Assembly (NCBI GenBank): GCA_964016885.1
Contig: OZ024743.1
Span: forward strand, 11,904,001-11,968,000
Source: Eledone cirrhosa
Lineage: Eukaryota
Direction of reading: 5' to 3'
Length of the DNA stretch: 64,000 nucleotides
Of the stretch, positions 12,426 to 25,460 are shown piece by piece. A program made the translations under genes and the position numbers. The notes beneath the pieces were generated by a model. It worked only from the letters and a program-made list of their open reading frames with translations, had not been told where the DNA came from and searched no databases. Within the stretch, counting starts at the first letter, position 1; each line of letters starts with the position of its first letter.

Positions 12426-13031
12426 GTCAGGTCAGTAGTTGGTGCTACTGGTAACATGTATCCCAGTACAACCTGTCTCATGGTCGAGTCGTTGGCGACT
12501 AAACTGGCAACCCCACCAAGGTTTCTTGGTGAGGAGGGTGACTTTGGACATCATGCAGGACTAAATACAAAACCTGTCAAAGGGCAAAGGAGCTCTTAAG
12601 AGTCAATGGCCATCCAAAATCACCGGGAGAGATGACCCCTTAGCCTTTGTCAAGGCAGAATTCTAGGAGAAGGAAAACTGATATAACACCTGCAACTCTG
12701 ATGGTATCCAATGATGTTGACTTGTTCTTCTTTTTGGTAAATATTATCTTAGTTAAGAGAGTGGGACTGGCTTTGTGCAGTGCCTTTGCTCACTATAAAA
12801 GCTTCACGGCACAGGCATTGCTTTATATCTGGAGATCTCTCTGCACTTGTCATCACATGGTACCATGGGCCCAGCACTATGTGTCAATAATTGTCACAAG
12901 TGTAGTGTTTGTACCAGAGTTTTCAAGTCGCTGGCTGGACTAAAAAGTCACACTTGTTCAGCGCATCAGTAGGGGTTCTCCTACACGGATATAAGGTGGT
13001 GGCCGTACTCGAAAACGAGTTGGCAGCCACC
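12426..13031 (+). mobile_element. About 600-bp RTE-derived non-autonomous retroelement (5' UTR-like part plus 3' end) with (ATGT)n tail, copy 1
   Basis: Near-identical copies at 13381-13961 (minus), 41119-41726 and 41946-42355. Carries the RTE 5' UTR-like motif CTAGGAGAAGGAAAACT, a terminal C2H2 remnant [25 protein letters not shown], and the 3' hairpin GGTGG...CTCG-AAAA-CGAG...CCACC. Confidence 0.8.
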
Positions 13032-13268
13032 ATGTATGTATGTATAGAAAGTTCCATCAATGGTTTTTTGAAGACAAAAACAACAATAGACATCTTTTAC
13101 ATAATTTCACTGTTCTACTGACAGATTGAATTTGCTGTATTACGAGTTAGATGGTGGATTTTTCTGTGTCTGAAAACTCTTATTTCTCAAGATTGCCACA
13201 TAGACACTCAGTAACATAAGCAGGTGCACAAATGATTATGAGTAGAATCTATAGTCTGGGTAAAAAGG

Positions 13269-13357
<89 letters not shown>

Positions 13358-13380
13358 CATACATACATACATACATATAT

Positions 13381-13961
13381 GGTGGCTGCCAACTCGTTTT
13401 CGAGTACGGCCACTGCTTTATATCCATGTAGGAGAACCCCTACCGATGCGCTGAACGAATGTGACTTTTTAGTCCAGCCAGCGACTTGAAAACTCTGGTA
13501 CAAAGACTACACTTGTGACCATTATTGACACATAGTGCATCATATTGACCATGTGATGACAAGTGCAGAGAGATCTCCAGATACAAAGCAATGCCTGTGC
13601 TGTGAAGCTTTTATAGTGAGCAAAGGCACTGCACAAAGCCAGTCCCACTCTCTTAACCAAGATGATATTTACCAAAAAGAAGAACAAGTCAACATCATTG
13701 GATACCATCAGGGTTGCAGGTGTTATATCAGAGTTTTCCTTCTCCTAGAATTCTGCCTTGACAAAGGCTAAGGGGTCATCTCTCCCGGTGATTTTGGATG
13801 GCTATTGAGTCTTAAGAGCTCCCTTGCCCTTTGACAGGTTTTGTTTTTAGTCCTGCAGGATGTCCAAAGTCACCCTCCTCACCAAGAAACCTTGGTGGGG
13901 TTGCCAGTTTAGTCGCCAACGACCCGACCATGAGACAGGTTGTACTGGGATACATGTTACC
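13381..13961 (-). mobile_element. RTE-derived 600-bp element, copy 2 (inverted relative to copy 1)
   Basis: Reverse complement of about 12450-13031, with the (CATA)n tail on its left. Confidence 0.85.
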
Positions 13962-14050
13962 ATACATATATACACACATACATACACACATACACACACA
14001 CATACACACATACACACACACATACATACATAAACACATACACACATACT

Positions 14051-14422
14051 GTAGTAACTGCCTCAATACAAATTTTGAGAAGCTAGGCTTCACAGGAACA
14101 GAAAGAACACAATTAGTTAGGAAATTACAAGTACAATCCATTAATGGAACCGTAAACATATGTAAAACATTCCGAAGATTTTGCATCTAATAACTGCATA
14201 TACACATGTACAGATACAAAGCATATGCACATGCACACATACAACTCAAGACATACACATCTACACATACAATAACATCCATATCTACACATGCATATGC
14301 ATGCATACATAATCTACCTAGTTGATGTTGCGTAAATTCCAATGAGAGAGTCTTGTGTCTATGTTAGAAACCGACTCTCTCTCTATTGGGAAAAAAATTG
14401 GGAAATTATAAAACCAGAAGAA
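14051..14422 (+). mobile_element. 5'-truncated 3' end of R4 family 2
   Basis: Encodes SNCLNTNFEKLGFTGTERTQLVRKLQVQSINGTVNICKTF, nearly identical to the end of the 27915-28241 ORF. Shares the 3' UTR and runs into (CATA)n. Confidence 0.9.
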
Positions 14423-15362
<940 letters not shown>

Positions 15363-15594
15363 AGGTACTGTACACACTTTCATCCATATATACATCACAG
15401 AAAACTGTAGAATCTATGAAAAACAGCTTGTGTGTCCAATGAACCATATAAAGATCAATGGAAGACAAGCGTTGATCAAACGAAACATTTGAAGCCACTG
15501 TATAATGTAATTTCAACTAAGGCACTGTTGTTTTCATGTTTGTTATTGTGGTCTTTCTCTTACTCTAGTAGATGTAATAGCTTCGGAAATGGTG

Positions 15595-16893
15595 TATTGC
15601 TGTTGTTGGTGTTATTGGTGTTGTTGTTGGTGGTGTTGTTATTGGTGTTGTTGTTGTTATTGGTGTTGTTGTTGTTAGTGTTGTTATTGGTGTTGTTGTT
15701 AGTGTTGTTATTGGTGTTGTTGGTGTCGTTGTTGTTGTTAGTGTTGTTATTGGTGTTGTTGTTGTTGTTAGTGTTGTTATTGGTGTTGTTATTGTTAGTG
15801 TTGTTATTGGTGTTGTTGTTGTTAGTGTTGTTATTGGTGTTGTTGTTGTTAGTGTTGTTATTGGTGTTGTTATTGTTAGTGTTGTTATTGGTGTTGTTGT
15901 TGTTAGTGTTGTTATTGGTGTTGTTGTTGTTAGTGTTGTTATTGGTGTTGTTATTGTTAGTGTTGTTATTGGTGTTGTTGTTGTTAGTGTTGTTATTGGT
16001 GTTGTTGTTGGTGTCGTTGTTGTTGTTGGTGTTGTTGTTGTTGTTAGTGTTGTTATTGGTGTTGTTGTTAGTGTTGTTGTTGTTAGTGTTGTTATTAGTG
16101 TTGTTGTTGTTGTTAGTGTTGTTATTGGTGTTGTTGTTGTTAGTGTTGTTATTGGTGTTGTTGTTGGTGTCGTTGTTGTTGTTGGTGTTGTTGTTGTTGT
16201 TGTTGTTATTGGTGTTGTTGTTAGTGTTGTTATTGGTGTTGTTGTTGGTGTCGTTGTTGTTGTTAGTGTTGTTGTTGGTGTTGTTGTTGTTGTTAGTGTT
16301 GTTATTGGTGTTGTTATTGTTAGTGTTGTTATTGGTGTTGTTGTTGTTAGTGTTGTTATTGGTGTTGTTGTTGTTAGTGTTGTTATTGGTGTTGTTATTG
16401 TTAGTGTTGTTATTGGTGTTGTTGTTGTTAGTGTTGTTATTGGTGTTGTTGTTGGTGTCGTTGTTGTTGTTGGTGTTGTTGTTGTTGTTAGTGTTGTTAT
16501 TGGTGTTGTTGTTAGTGTTGTTATTAGTGTTGTTGTTGTTGTTAGTGTTGTTATTAGTGTTGTTGTTGTTGTTAGTGTTGTTATTGGTGTTGTTGTTGTT
16601 AGTGTTGTTATTGGTGTTGTTGTTGGTGTCGTTGTTGTTGTTGGTGTTGTTGTTGTTGTTGTTATTGGTGTTGTTGTTAGTGTTGTTATTGGTGTTGTTG
16701 TTGGTGTCGTTGTTGTTGTTAGTGTTGTTGTTGGTGTTGTTGTTGTTAGTGTTGTTATTGTTGGTGTTTGTGTCATTGTTGTTGTTAATGATGTTATTGG
16801 TGTTGTTGTTGGTGTTGTTGTTAGTGTTGTTGTTGGTGTTGTTGTTGTTAGTGTTGTTATTGGTGTTGTTGTTGGTGTCGTTGTTGTTGTTGG

Positions 16894-16933
<40 letters not shown>

Positions 16934-17670
16934 ATTGGTGTTGTTGTTGTTATTGCTATCGTTGGTATTGTTGTTGTTATTGGTGTGGTTGTTCATGTTG
17001 TTATTGATATTGTTGTTAGTGTTGTTGTTGGTGTTGTTGTTGGTGTCGATGTTGTTGGTGTTATTGGTGTTGTTGTTATTGGTGTTGTTGTTGTTAGTGT
17101 TGTTGTTGGTGTTATTGTTAGTGTTGTTATTGGTGTTGTTGATGTCGTTGTTGTTGTTAGTGTTGTTGTTAGTGTTGTTGTTAGTGTTATTGCTGTTATT
17201 GGTGTTGTTGTTATTGGTGTTGTTGTTGTTAGTGGTGTTGTTGTTAATGGTGTTGTTGTCAGTGTTGTTGCTGTTATTGGTGTTGTTGTTGCTGGTGTTG
17301 ATGTTGGTAGTGGTGGTGGTATTGGTGATGGTGGCGCTGGTGGTAGTGTTGACAGTGGTTGTGTTGGTGTTTTTTGCAGTGGTTGTTGTTGTTGTTGTTG
17401 GTGCTGTTGGTGGTAATGATTGATAATCGCAGTGGTGGAAGCGGCTTCGGCGGTAAGATTTTTGTGGTGGTTATTGTTGTGGTGGTTTTGGTGGTGGGAA
17501 GATATTTGGTGGTAGTGATGATGATGATGGTAGTATTGGTGGAGTTGGTAGTGGTAATGGAGGTGGTATTGGTTTTGGTTGTTGTTGCGGTGTGTGGTGG
17601 TGGTTATGGTGGTGATGTTTGTGGTTTAGTAGTGATGGTGGCGTTGTGGCGGTTGTGGTGGTGGCAACAG
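15595..17670. repeat. About 2-kb (TTG)n-based trinucleotide array with higher-order GTG-TTG-TTA units, grading into (GTG)n
   Basis: Strict 3-nt periodicity over about 15600-17350. Recurring units such as GTGTTGTTATTGGTGTTGTTGTTGTTA. Confidence 0.95.
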
Positions 17671-18545
17671 TAGTTGAAAGTGGCCATGATAGTAGTATGA
17701 AAGAGAAAGAAGGGAAATAATAGCAACAGAAAACTGTCTTTAGTTGAAGCCACTATTTTCTGGACTTAACATTCCCATGAGTATAGGGAAAATAATTCTT
17801 ACATCATACAGCCATGTGTGATCGATAGAGAAGAAGATAAACCGTTCCTTATGAACGGCTATCATATACAAATACATTAATAAAGATATAGAGAAATGTA
17901 TTCTACCATTCTTCAGCACAGGCAAACTGGCACTTTAGTTAAGAGTTGTTGTTGTTGATGTTATTTTATATTAGTTGCAGGTGAACCCCCAACCGAACAG
18001 TACTATAGAACGCATGTAGCCGGACGAGACACGAGATCCGACCCACAAATACATCTTTCCAGTTCCATCATATCACCTGCCTGGCTGAGGATCATACTTG
18101 TGATAAATCGTATGTGGTGTAACATGTCAGTCGTGACATACTGCTCCCCCCTCTCTCTCTCTCGCTCTCTCTCTTTCTCTCCCTCTCGACTCTCTAGTCT
18201 ATACTTATGTGATCATAGATTCCAGTGGTGGGCAAGCTGAACTCGATTGAAGCGTGACAGTTGCTTTTCCTCTGCATTTTTTGGAGGAAGTGTGCAAAAT
18301 TCTGAAAACCTTGATTTTGGTTCTTGGTGGAATCAGTCACTTTACGATTTTTAAAGTTTGAAAAGTGTTTTGCTTTTCCTCATTGGTATGTGAATATGTT
18401 ATAATGTTATATGATAGGCGATCCAAAGAAAGTTGAAGGAAATGGCAATGTCTAGTAAAGCATTGTTGTACTTGGCTTGCTAAGATATGAAGAAATACCC
18501 TTTCTAGATATTTCTGACAGCTAGATTAGTTAGATCAGTCATCAC

Positions 18546-18659
<114 letters not shown>

Positions 18660-19489
18660 TCAGCCTATCAAATTATACTTTAAACTTGAGCCACTTTTTC
18701 TGCATAAAACTGAAGGAACTATGGCACTCAAGATCTTTGGCACGAAATTACTAAAGATTTTGATGTCTAATATCGTGATCTCACTCAATCTCCCAAATTG
18801 GACTTTAAACTTATTTGTATATATTAGTATAGATTGTATATGATGCAAAAGTAGTTGAGATATGATAATTATGTCACTGAACTTCTTGTCTGTAATGTTT
18901 GAAAAGGAGGATGAGTTGTGGTGAAGCTTATTTCATGATGGTGTTTATACGAGTTTTAAAGTGCTAAAGCAAGGGCGTGTAATCTAGTGAGACAGTTGGT
19001 GAGAATGGTTAGTGTACGTATATATTTATCATATTCATGTATTTCGTGTTGCTACATTTTAATTTAAAAGTCTGCATTTTTAACGCAGAGTTGTTTTTTA
19101 TTTGTTTACAAATAAATTTGTGTGTAATAGCATTTCTAGCTTAATTTGAATATACATTTTAAGGATTTGTACTTTGTTTTTTACTAATAAAATTGTTTCC
19201 TGAAACATTGATAAATGAAAGTCATGAATGACGATAAAATTATTTAATTCTGTTAAGGCATTTTTAGTGTCGTTTGTGCTGTATCACAGAATTTCTAGAT
19301 GTTTTTCCTGTCAGATTTACACATTTCATTTTGTGTGTAACTCATATATTTTTAAGTATATTCTTTTAGAGGTTTGGCGTTGTGAAGAGGGATAATGTCA
19401 GTTCCTCTTCATACTACCACTATCAGCCTCTAATTCCCCCTCCCACTACTGCTATCAAACCATTCCCGAGATATGTACAAATGTCAGAA

Positions 19490-19795
19490 ACAGAAATCAT
19501 TACATCTTTTTTTTTCTTTCTGTCCCTCTTACGTCGACAATTCGAAAATCTGGATATAAGTAAGAAACAAAAATATACAGAACTCGTCAATAAATGTATA
19601 AATAAACTTGTAATAGATGGAGAGGAAGCAGACAGAAAGAAAAGGAGAGGCAAGGGTATGATATGTAGCAATATAAAAATCAATGTGATTAGAATCAAAT
19701 TTAAGACATATTGAAATTTTCTATCAAAAAATTGATTCAATATATTTCTGAGGTTAAATCTAATTTGTCTTGCTGTCCTTCAGGCATATGTTTGA
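19490..19795. repeat. Outer inverted-repeat arm, partner at about 24345-24630 (diverged)
   Basis: CAATGTGATTAGAATCAAATTTAAGACATATTGAAATTTTCTATCAAAAAATT is the reverse complement of about 24407-24459, with weaker similarity on both sides. Confidence 0.8.
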
Positions 19796-19848
19796 TTGGT
19801 TGCAATTTATATAAATACATATAAACTTACATACATACACGCATGCCG

Positions 19849-19923
<75 letters not shown>

Positions 19924-20236
19924 GTATACATATGTATATATATACATATATATAATGTATATATAAGTTCATATATTTATGTATGTGTGTGTGAGAGTGT
20001 GTTTGTATGTCGGGTGTGCACATGCACTTACGTATGTGTTTATGTATGTAGCATGTATGTACGTATGTATGAATGTACGGTCACACATACATATGTATAT
20101 CTTTACATATGCATATGTACTTAGACACATGCATATATATATATTTCTCACTCTCTCTCACTAAATACACACACACATACACACATATATATATTTATAC
20201 ATATACATATATATATACATACACATACATACATAC

Positions 20237-20289
<53 letters not shown>

Positions 20290-20307
20290 TATATATACAT
20301 ATGTATG

Positions 20308-20443
<136 letters not shown>

Positions 20444-20478
20444 TATATGTGTATATATATATGTGTATATATATATAT

Positions 20479-20649
<171 letters not shown>

Positions 20650-20719
20650 TAGCTGCATATGTTTGTAGTGTGTTACGTATCTATTATACACAGTAGTTTG
20701 CAGACGAATGTCAATTATG

Positions 20720-21176
20720 TGGATGTGTTTCTTTTCCATCCCCCAAACAATATCATTGTTTCCTTGCTTCTATTATTTATTTACTTTCTATCTTATTCTA
20801 CCAGTGTTTAATGATGCGACATCTCCCAACAACATCATCATCATCGTCACCACCACCATCTTGTTATCTCCATTTAATTTTCTATCAGTTTTCCTATTGA
20901 TGTTAATAAATCGACAGTGATAAAACTGAATGTTATATTTTGATTAATTATCAGCCTCGGAGTCATTCATTGAGAACACTGCTGTAGAACTGATAAGCAT
21001 AAGCTGATGATAAGAAGAGGTCACGGTTGGATTTCGATTCCCACTAAATTGTTATTTACTTGTCATTTACATTGCATAGTGTACATAGACATGGCTAGAT
21101 GGTTAAATAGTTAATTTTACAATCACGAAGTTCTAAGTTCGATTACACTTCGTGGCATAATGGCCACGTGTGTTTT
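20720..21176. repeat. Inner inverted-repeat arm, partner at about 22201-22680
   Basis: About 20833-21176 is the reverse complement of 22201-22544 with one mismatch seen. The outer 110 bp or so is clearly more diverged. Confidence 0.92.
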
Positions 21177-21444
21177 TTTTGTTTTTTTTTTTCATTTTAC
21201 AAACCGGCTCTTTTCGTTCTGAATTCAAAGACCATCTTAGAACAAATGTTTATAATAAGATTTTGGCTACTTATCACATTAAGTTTGCAAACACTTTCGT
21301 TTAAAAAACATATTGATTTCTACTATAGGCTTAATAGCTCATGTTTTGGGGTTAGTTATAACCAACAGCCGTGTTCAATTGATGCGAATTGTGTCAATAA
21401 GCTGGAAGAACGAAGACAACTGCAACGTAAAGGGTCATCTTGAA

Positions 21445-21602
21445 GGCGGTGAATTGGCAGACATTTTAGAGTGTCGGATAGAATGATTTGCAGTATTCGT
21501 TACGGCTCTCTGCTTTCTGAATTCAAATCCTGCCGAGGTCAACTTTGCCTTTTATCCATTCAAGGTCGATAAAAAAGTACCAATCTAGTACTGAGGTCGA
21601 TT
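21445..21602 (+). mobile_element. tRNA-derived SINE family 1 (Meta-domain-like body)
   Basis: Head GGCGGTGAATTGGCAG...TTCAAATCC and body GTCAACTTTGCCTTT.ATCC...GGTCGATAAAA..GTACC. Confidence 0.75.
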
Positions 21603-22200
21603 CTTCCTCTATATCTCTTTCTCACTTCTCTCTCACTTTCTATCTTACTCTGAAAGAAATCTGCTGTACTCAGACCTGGAGAGAAGATGGGTGTCGCCAG
21701 GTTTAAAATGCCTTAGAGACGCTGTATGTTACTGCGGCGCCCCAATGACTCCATCAGGAGTTATGGGACTAAAAATAGAAGAAAGGGTCATCTTAAAAGA
21801 TATTAAACAATAAGATAGTTCCTCCGTCCTTTTCCATGATTAGTATTTTGCTGTTCGATCAATTGAATGTCCTCCTCTGTAAATTAAAGTGTAAGTATCT
21901 GAGTATTCTGCAGGAAATATATACGCTTCACATAATTCTGAAGCAGAATCAACGTGATACAATATGATAAAGCAGAACGTTTGAATTACAGATACAATCC
22001 AACCAATAAACTTCCACAATGTTTCAGTCTACTCTGTTCCACTAACAGACTTGAGTCGACAGAAGACAATTGAAAATGATACTTAATCATCATGTCACAT
22101 ATTGTGATCGGACCTGGAATCTTATGAATGTAAAGTGAACTTCGTAACCAATCAGCCAAGCCTATGCTTACTAAACAATACAAAATGCATATAATATGCT

Positions 22201-22680
22201 AAAACACACGTGGCCATTATGCCACGAAGTGTAATCGAACTTAGAACTTCGTGATTGTAAAATTAACTATTTAAACATCTAGCCATGTCTATGTACACTA
22301 TGCAATGTAAATGACAAGTAAATAACAATTTAGTGGGAATCGAAATCCAACCGTGACCTCTTCTTATCATCAGCTTATGCTTATCAGTTCTACAGCAGTG
22401 TTCTCAATGAATGACTCCGAGGCTGATAATTAATCAAAATATAACATTCAGTTTTATCACTGTCGATTTATTAACATCAATAGGAAAACTGATAGAAAAT
22501 TAAATGGAGATAACAAGATGGTGGTGGTGACGATGATGATGATGCTGATATATATCGCCTTAATACATACTGCTGATGTAAGATAGCAAGTAAATAAATA
22601 ATAGAAGCAAGGAAACAATATTGTTTGGGGGATGGAAAAAACAAAGACATATAAAAACAAACACATATAATTGACATTTG
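22201..22680. repeat. Inner inverted-repeat arm (right)
   Basis: See 20720-21176. Confidence 0.92.
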
Positions 22681-22773
22681 TGTGCACATAACTATATATG
22701 ATAGATACGTAAAAGTTTATACACAATACACACATGTATCACTGTTTCTCCCATCTCTCTCTCACCCCGTCTC

Positions 22774-22900
<127 letters not shown>

Positions 22901-23024
22901 CACGTGGAAAGAGATAGAAGGTAGAAGGTTAAACAATGCAAAATGGACTGTACGATGAGGTAAAGAAAAAGTAAGTTAGTTGATAATCTTTGTTTTGTTT
23001 TTTGTTGTTGGTGTTCTTTCTTCT

Positions 23025-23064
23025 GTCCTAATATTTCGGGACCTAAAATCCCTTCTTCAGAGTT
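23025..23064 (-). ncRNA. Minimal hammerhead motif, stem I decayed
   Basis: Minus strand reads CTGAAGA-A-GGGA-ttttagg-TCCC-GAAA-TAT-TA. Confidence 0.55.
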
Positions 23065-23237
23065 TAAGGAACTATCAGAGGATAATGTTCCGGTTTCTTC
23101 TTTTTGAGATTAAATCTTGATTTAAATTTCTTATGACATTTTCAAGCGTTTTTTTTTGTCTTTACCTCATCTTACAGTCCATTTAACCTTCTATCTAACT
23201 ATCTCTTTCCACATTATATATCATATACAATACCTCA

Positions 23238-23342
23238 AGCAAAATTCCGCCGAGGTTAACTTTGCCTTTCACCCTTACAGGGTCGATAACATAAAGTACC
23301 AGTAATACACTGGGATAATTGCTGGCCTTGTGCCAAAAGTTT
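23238..23342 (-). mobile_element. SINE family 1 fragment(s), rearranged
   Basis: Contains CCGCCGAGGTTAACTTTGCCTTTCACCC...GGTCGATAA...GTACCAGT...GCTGGCCTTGTGCC, family 1 body sequence. Confidence 0.6.
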
Positions 23343-23451
23343 TCGAAACAGCGAGCGAATTTGAAATTATAAATGTAAGCCATCGCCGTATTTTGACTAA
23401 AGAAATTAAAGAAAATTATTTAGTCTGATAGTGGGGTTAAGAACCCTCGGA

Positions 23452-23511
23452 GAAATGGAAAAAGATGAGTACTGACGTACATGTACGTCAATACTCATCT
23501 TTTTCCATTTC
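23452..23511. repeat. 60-bp near-perfect palindrome abutting (TA)n
   Basis: GAAATGGAAAAAGATGAGTACTGACGTACA / TGTACGTCAATACTCATCTTTTTCCATTTC, one mismatch. Confidence 0.85.
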
Positions 23512-23600
23512 GTTATATATATATATATATTTGACGCTATAGTCACTTATATATTATGGAATACTGTTGGCTTCTTGCTACAATAATTTCTATACTTTTC

Positions 23601-23641
<41 letters not shown>

Positions 23642-23644
<3 letters not shown>

Positions 23645-23767
23645 CGAAGGAATTGTGGTAAGGACCAGATGGACCATAACACACCAGAGTACTCAATACT
23701 TAGGATAGTAGAGTGGGTAATAGGAAAATGTATGACCCCGACGGCAGAGCTCAAGCCGTTTCTACGG

Positions 23768-23770
<3 letters not shown>
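23642..23770 (-). mobile_element. Half-hammerhead family A copy: tail plus one arm, truncated in stem II, between TA arrays
   Basis: The tail matches the reverse complement of 54427-54504. The arm reads GACCCCGACGGCAGAGCTCAAGCCGTTTCTACGGC. Confidence 0.85.
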
Positions 23771-23830
<60 letters not shown>

Positions 23831-24135
23831 GACAGGGGGAAGAAAAAATGGCTTCACTTGTGCTTTCAACAAATTTATTTTCTTCACAAAATCCAAAAAG
23901 AATTTTTTTCCGGATTAGAAAAAATTTTTTTTCTTAAAAAAAATTATACATATATATATAATTATGTGTGTGTGTTATTACTATTATAAGGATACTCTAC
24001 GGTTAAGCTGTTACCATTTCGATACCAAATAGATTTCTCATTTACTATCGAACTACACTCTACTTTTCTTAAGTATAGAGTACTACGGTGAATAAATATT
24101 TTACTGATTTTAACTAATAACTTCTCATATGTGCG

Positions 24136-24169
<34 letters not shown>

Positions 24170-24195
24170 ATATGTATACATATGTATACATATAG

Positions 24196-24246
<51 letters not shown>

Positions 24247-24247
24247 C

Positions 24248-24308
<61 letters not shown>

Positions 24309-24344
24309 CATCTGTGTATCTATGAACATTTATATGTATTTATG

Positions 24345-24630
24345 CAAACATACGGCTGAAAGACAGAAAGACTAATTAGATTTAACCTCAGAAAATATAT
24401 TGAGTTAATTTTTTGATAGAAAATTTCAATATGTCTTAAATTTGATTCTAATCACATTGTTTTTAATGTTATTCTTCTAACTCGCCGTTTTCTCCTTCCT
24501 TCTACCCATTCTCCATCTATTACAGGTTTATACATTTATTGACGAATTTTGTATATTTTTATTTTTCCTTTACATATGCAGCTTTTTAAGTTGTGGTGGT
24601 ATGAATGGGAAAATAGTGATTTCTGTTTCA
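24345..24630. repeat. Outer inverted-repeat arm (right)
   Basis: See 19490-19795. Confidence 0.8.
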
Positions 24631-25175
24631 GTTATTGGTTTGGGATATTGTGATAGTTTATAGTCGATAATATCAACATTAATCACCGCCACTAGATTTA
24701 CTGGGACTTAATTATTTTATAGATCAATAGATGGATGGAATGCAATATTGATCTATTTTGCCGTGATGTAAACTCAGAACGTAAAAGGACATAACTAAGT
24801 AATTATTTCTTACATAAGCATATCCACCTCAAATTGCTTTGTCTTAAAAGATAAGAAAGACACATTGGTCATAAAAATCTTTATTCGTCAATTTTTAATT
24901 AAATTATATGATATTTGCAATAAATAAATAAATAATTGTTTCTACCTTTTTTGCACAAGCCAGCAATCACCCAGTGTATTACTGGTACTTTATTTTATCG
25001 ACCCCGAAATAAATAATGAAAGTAAGGAAAAGAGAGTGGAGCGGCAGATTCTAGACCCCGATCTATGTGGTGTATCTCAGCTAAGATTTACGAAATAAAA
25101 GTGACAATAACGTCACAATTGGAAAACCATTAAACATAGATATATTCGCTCACGTCACGGCTGGCCTACAGCTAG

Positions 25176-25460
25176 ACATCACCACCACCACTACCATCAC
25201 CACCACCACCATCACTAACATCACCACCACCACTACCATCACCACCACAACCATCACCACCACTACCACTACCACTACCACTACCACCACCACCACTACC
25301 ATCACCGCCACAACCACCACCACCACCACTACCATCACCACCACCACCACCACCACCACCACCACTACCACAACCACCACTACCATCACCACCACAACCA
25401 CCACCACCACCACCATCACCACCAGCAACAACAACAACAAAAACAATAAAAATAACAACA
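25176..25460. repeat. (ACC)n/(AAC)n trinucleotide repeat
   Basis: Direct inspection. Confidence 0.95.

Noticed and set aside
12430-12510. Possible HDV-like or twister ribozyme at the 5' end of the RTE-derived element
   Set aside because: Small hairpins exist, but I could not build the required pseudoknots or match the loop consensus by eye. An Infernal search is needed.
15432-17423. 663-aa poly-Leu/Val ORF as a membrane protein
   Set aside because: An uninterrupted hydrophobic translation of (TTG)n with no loops or domain is implausible as a protein.
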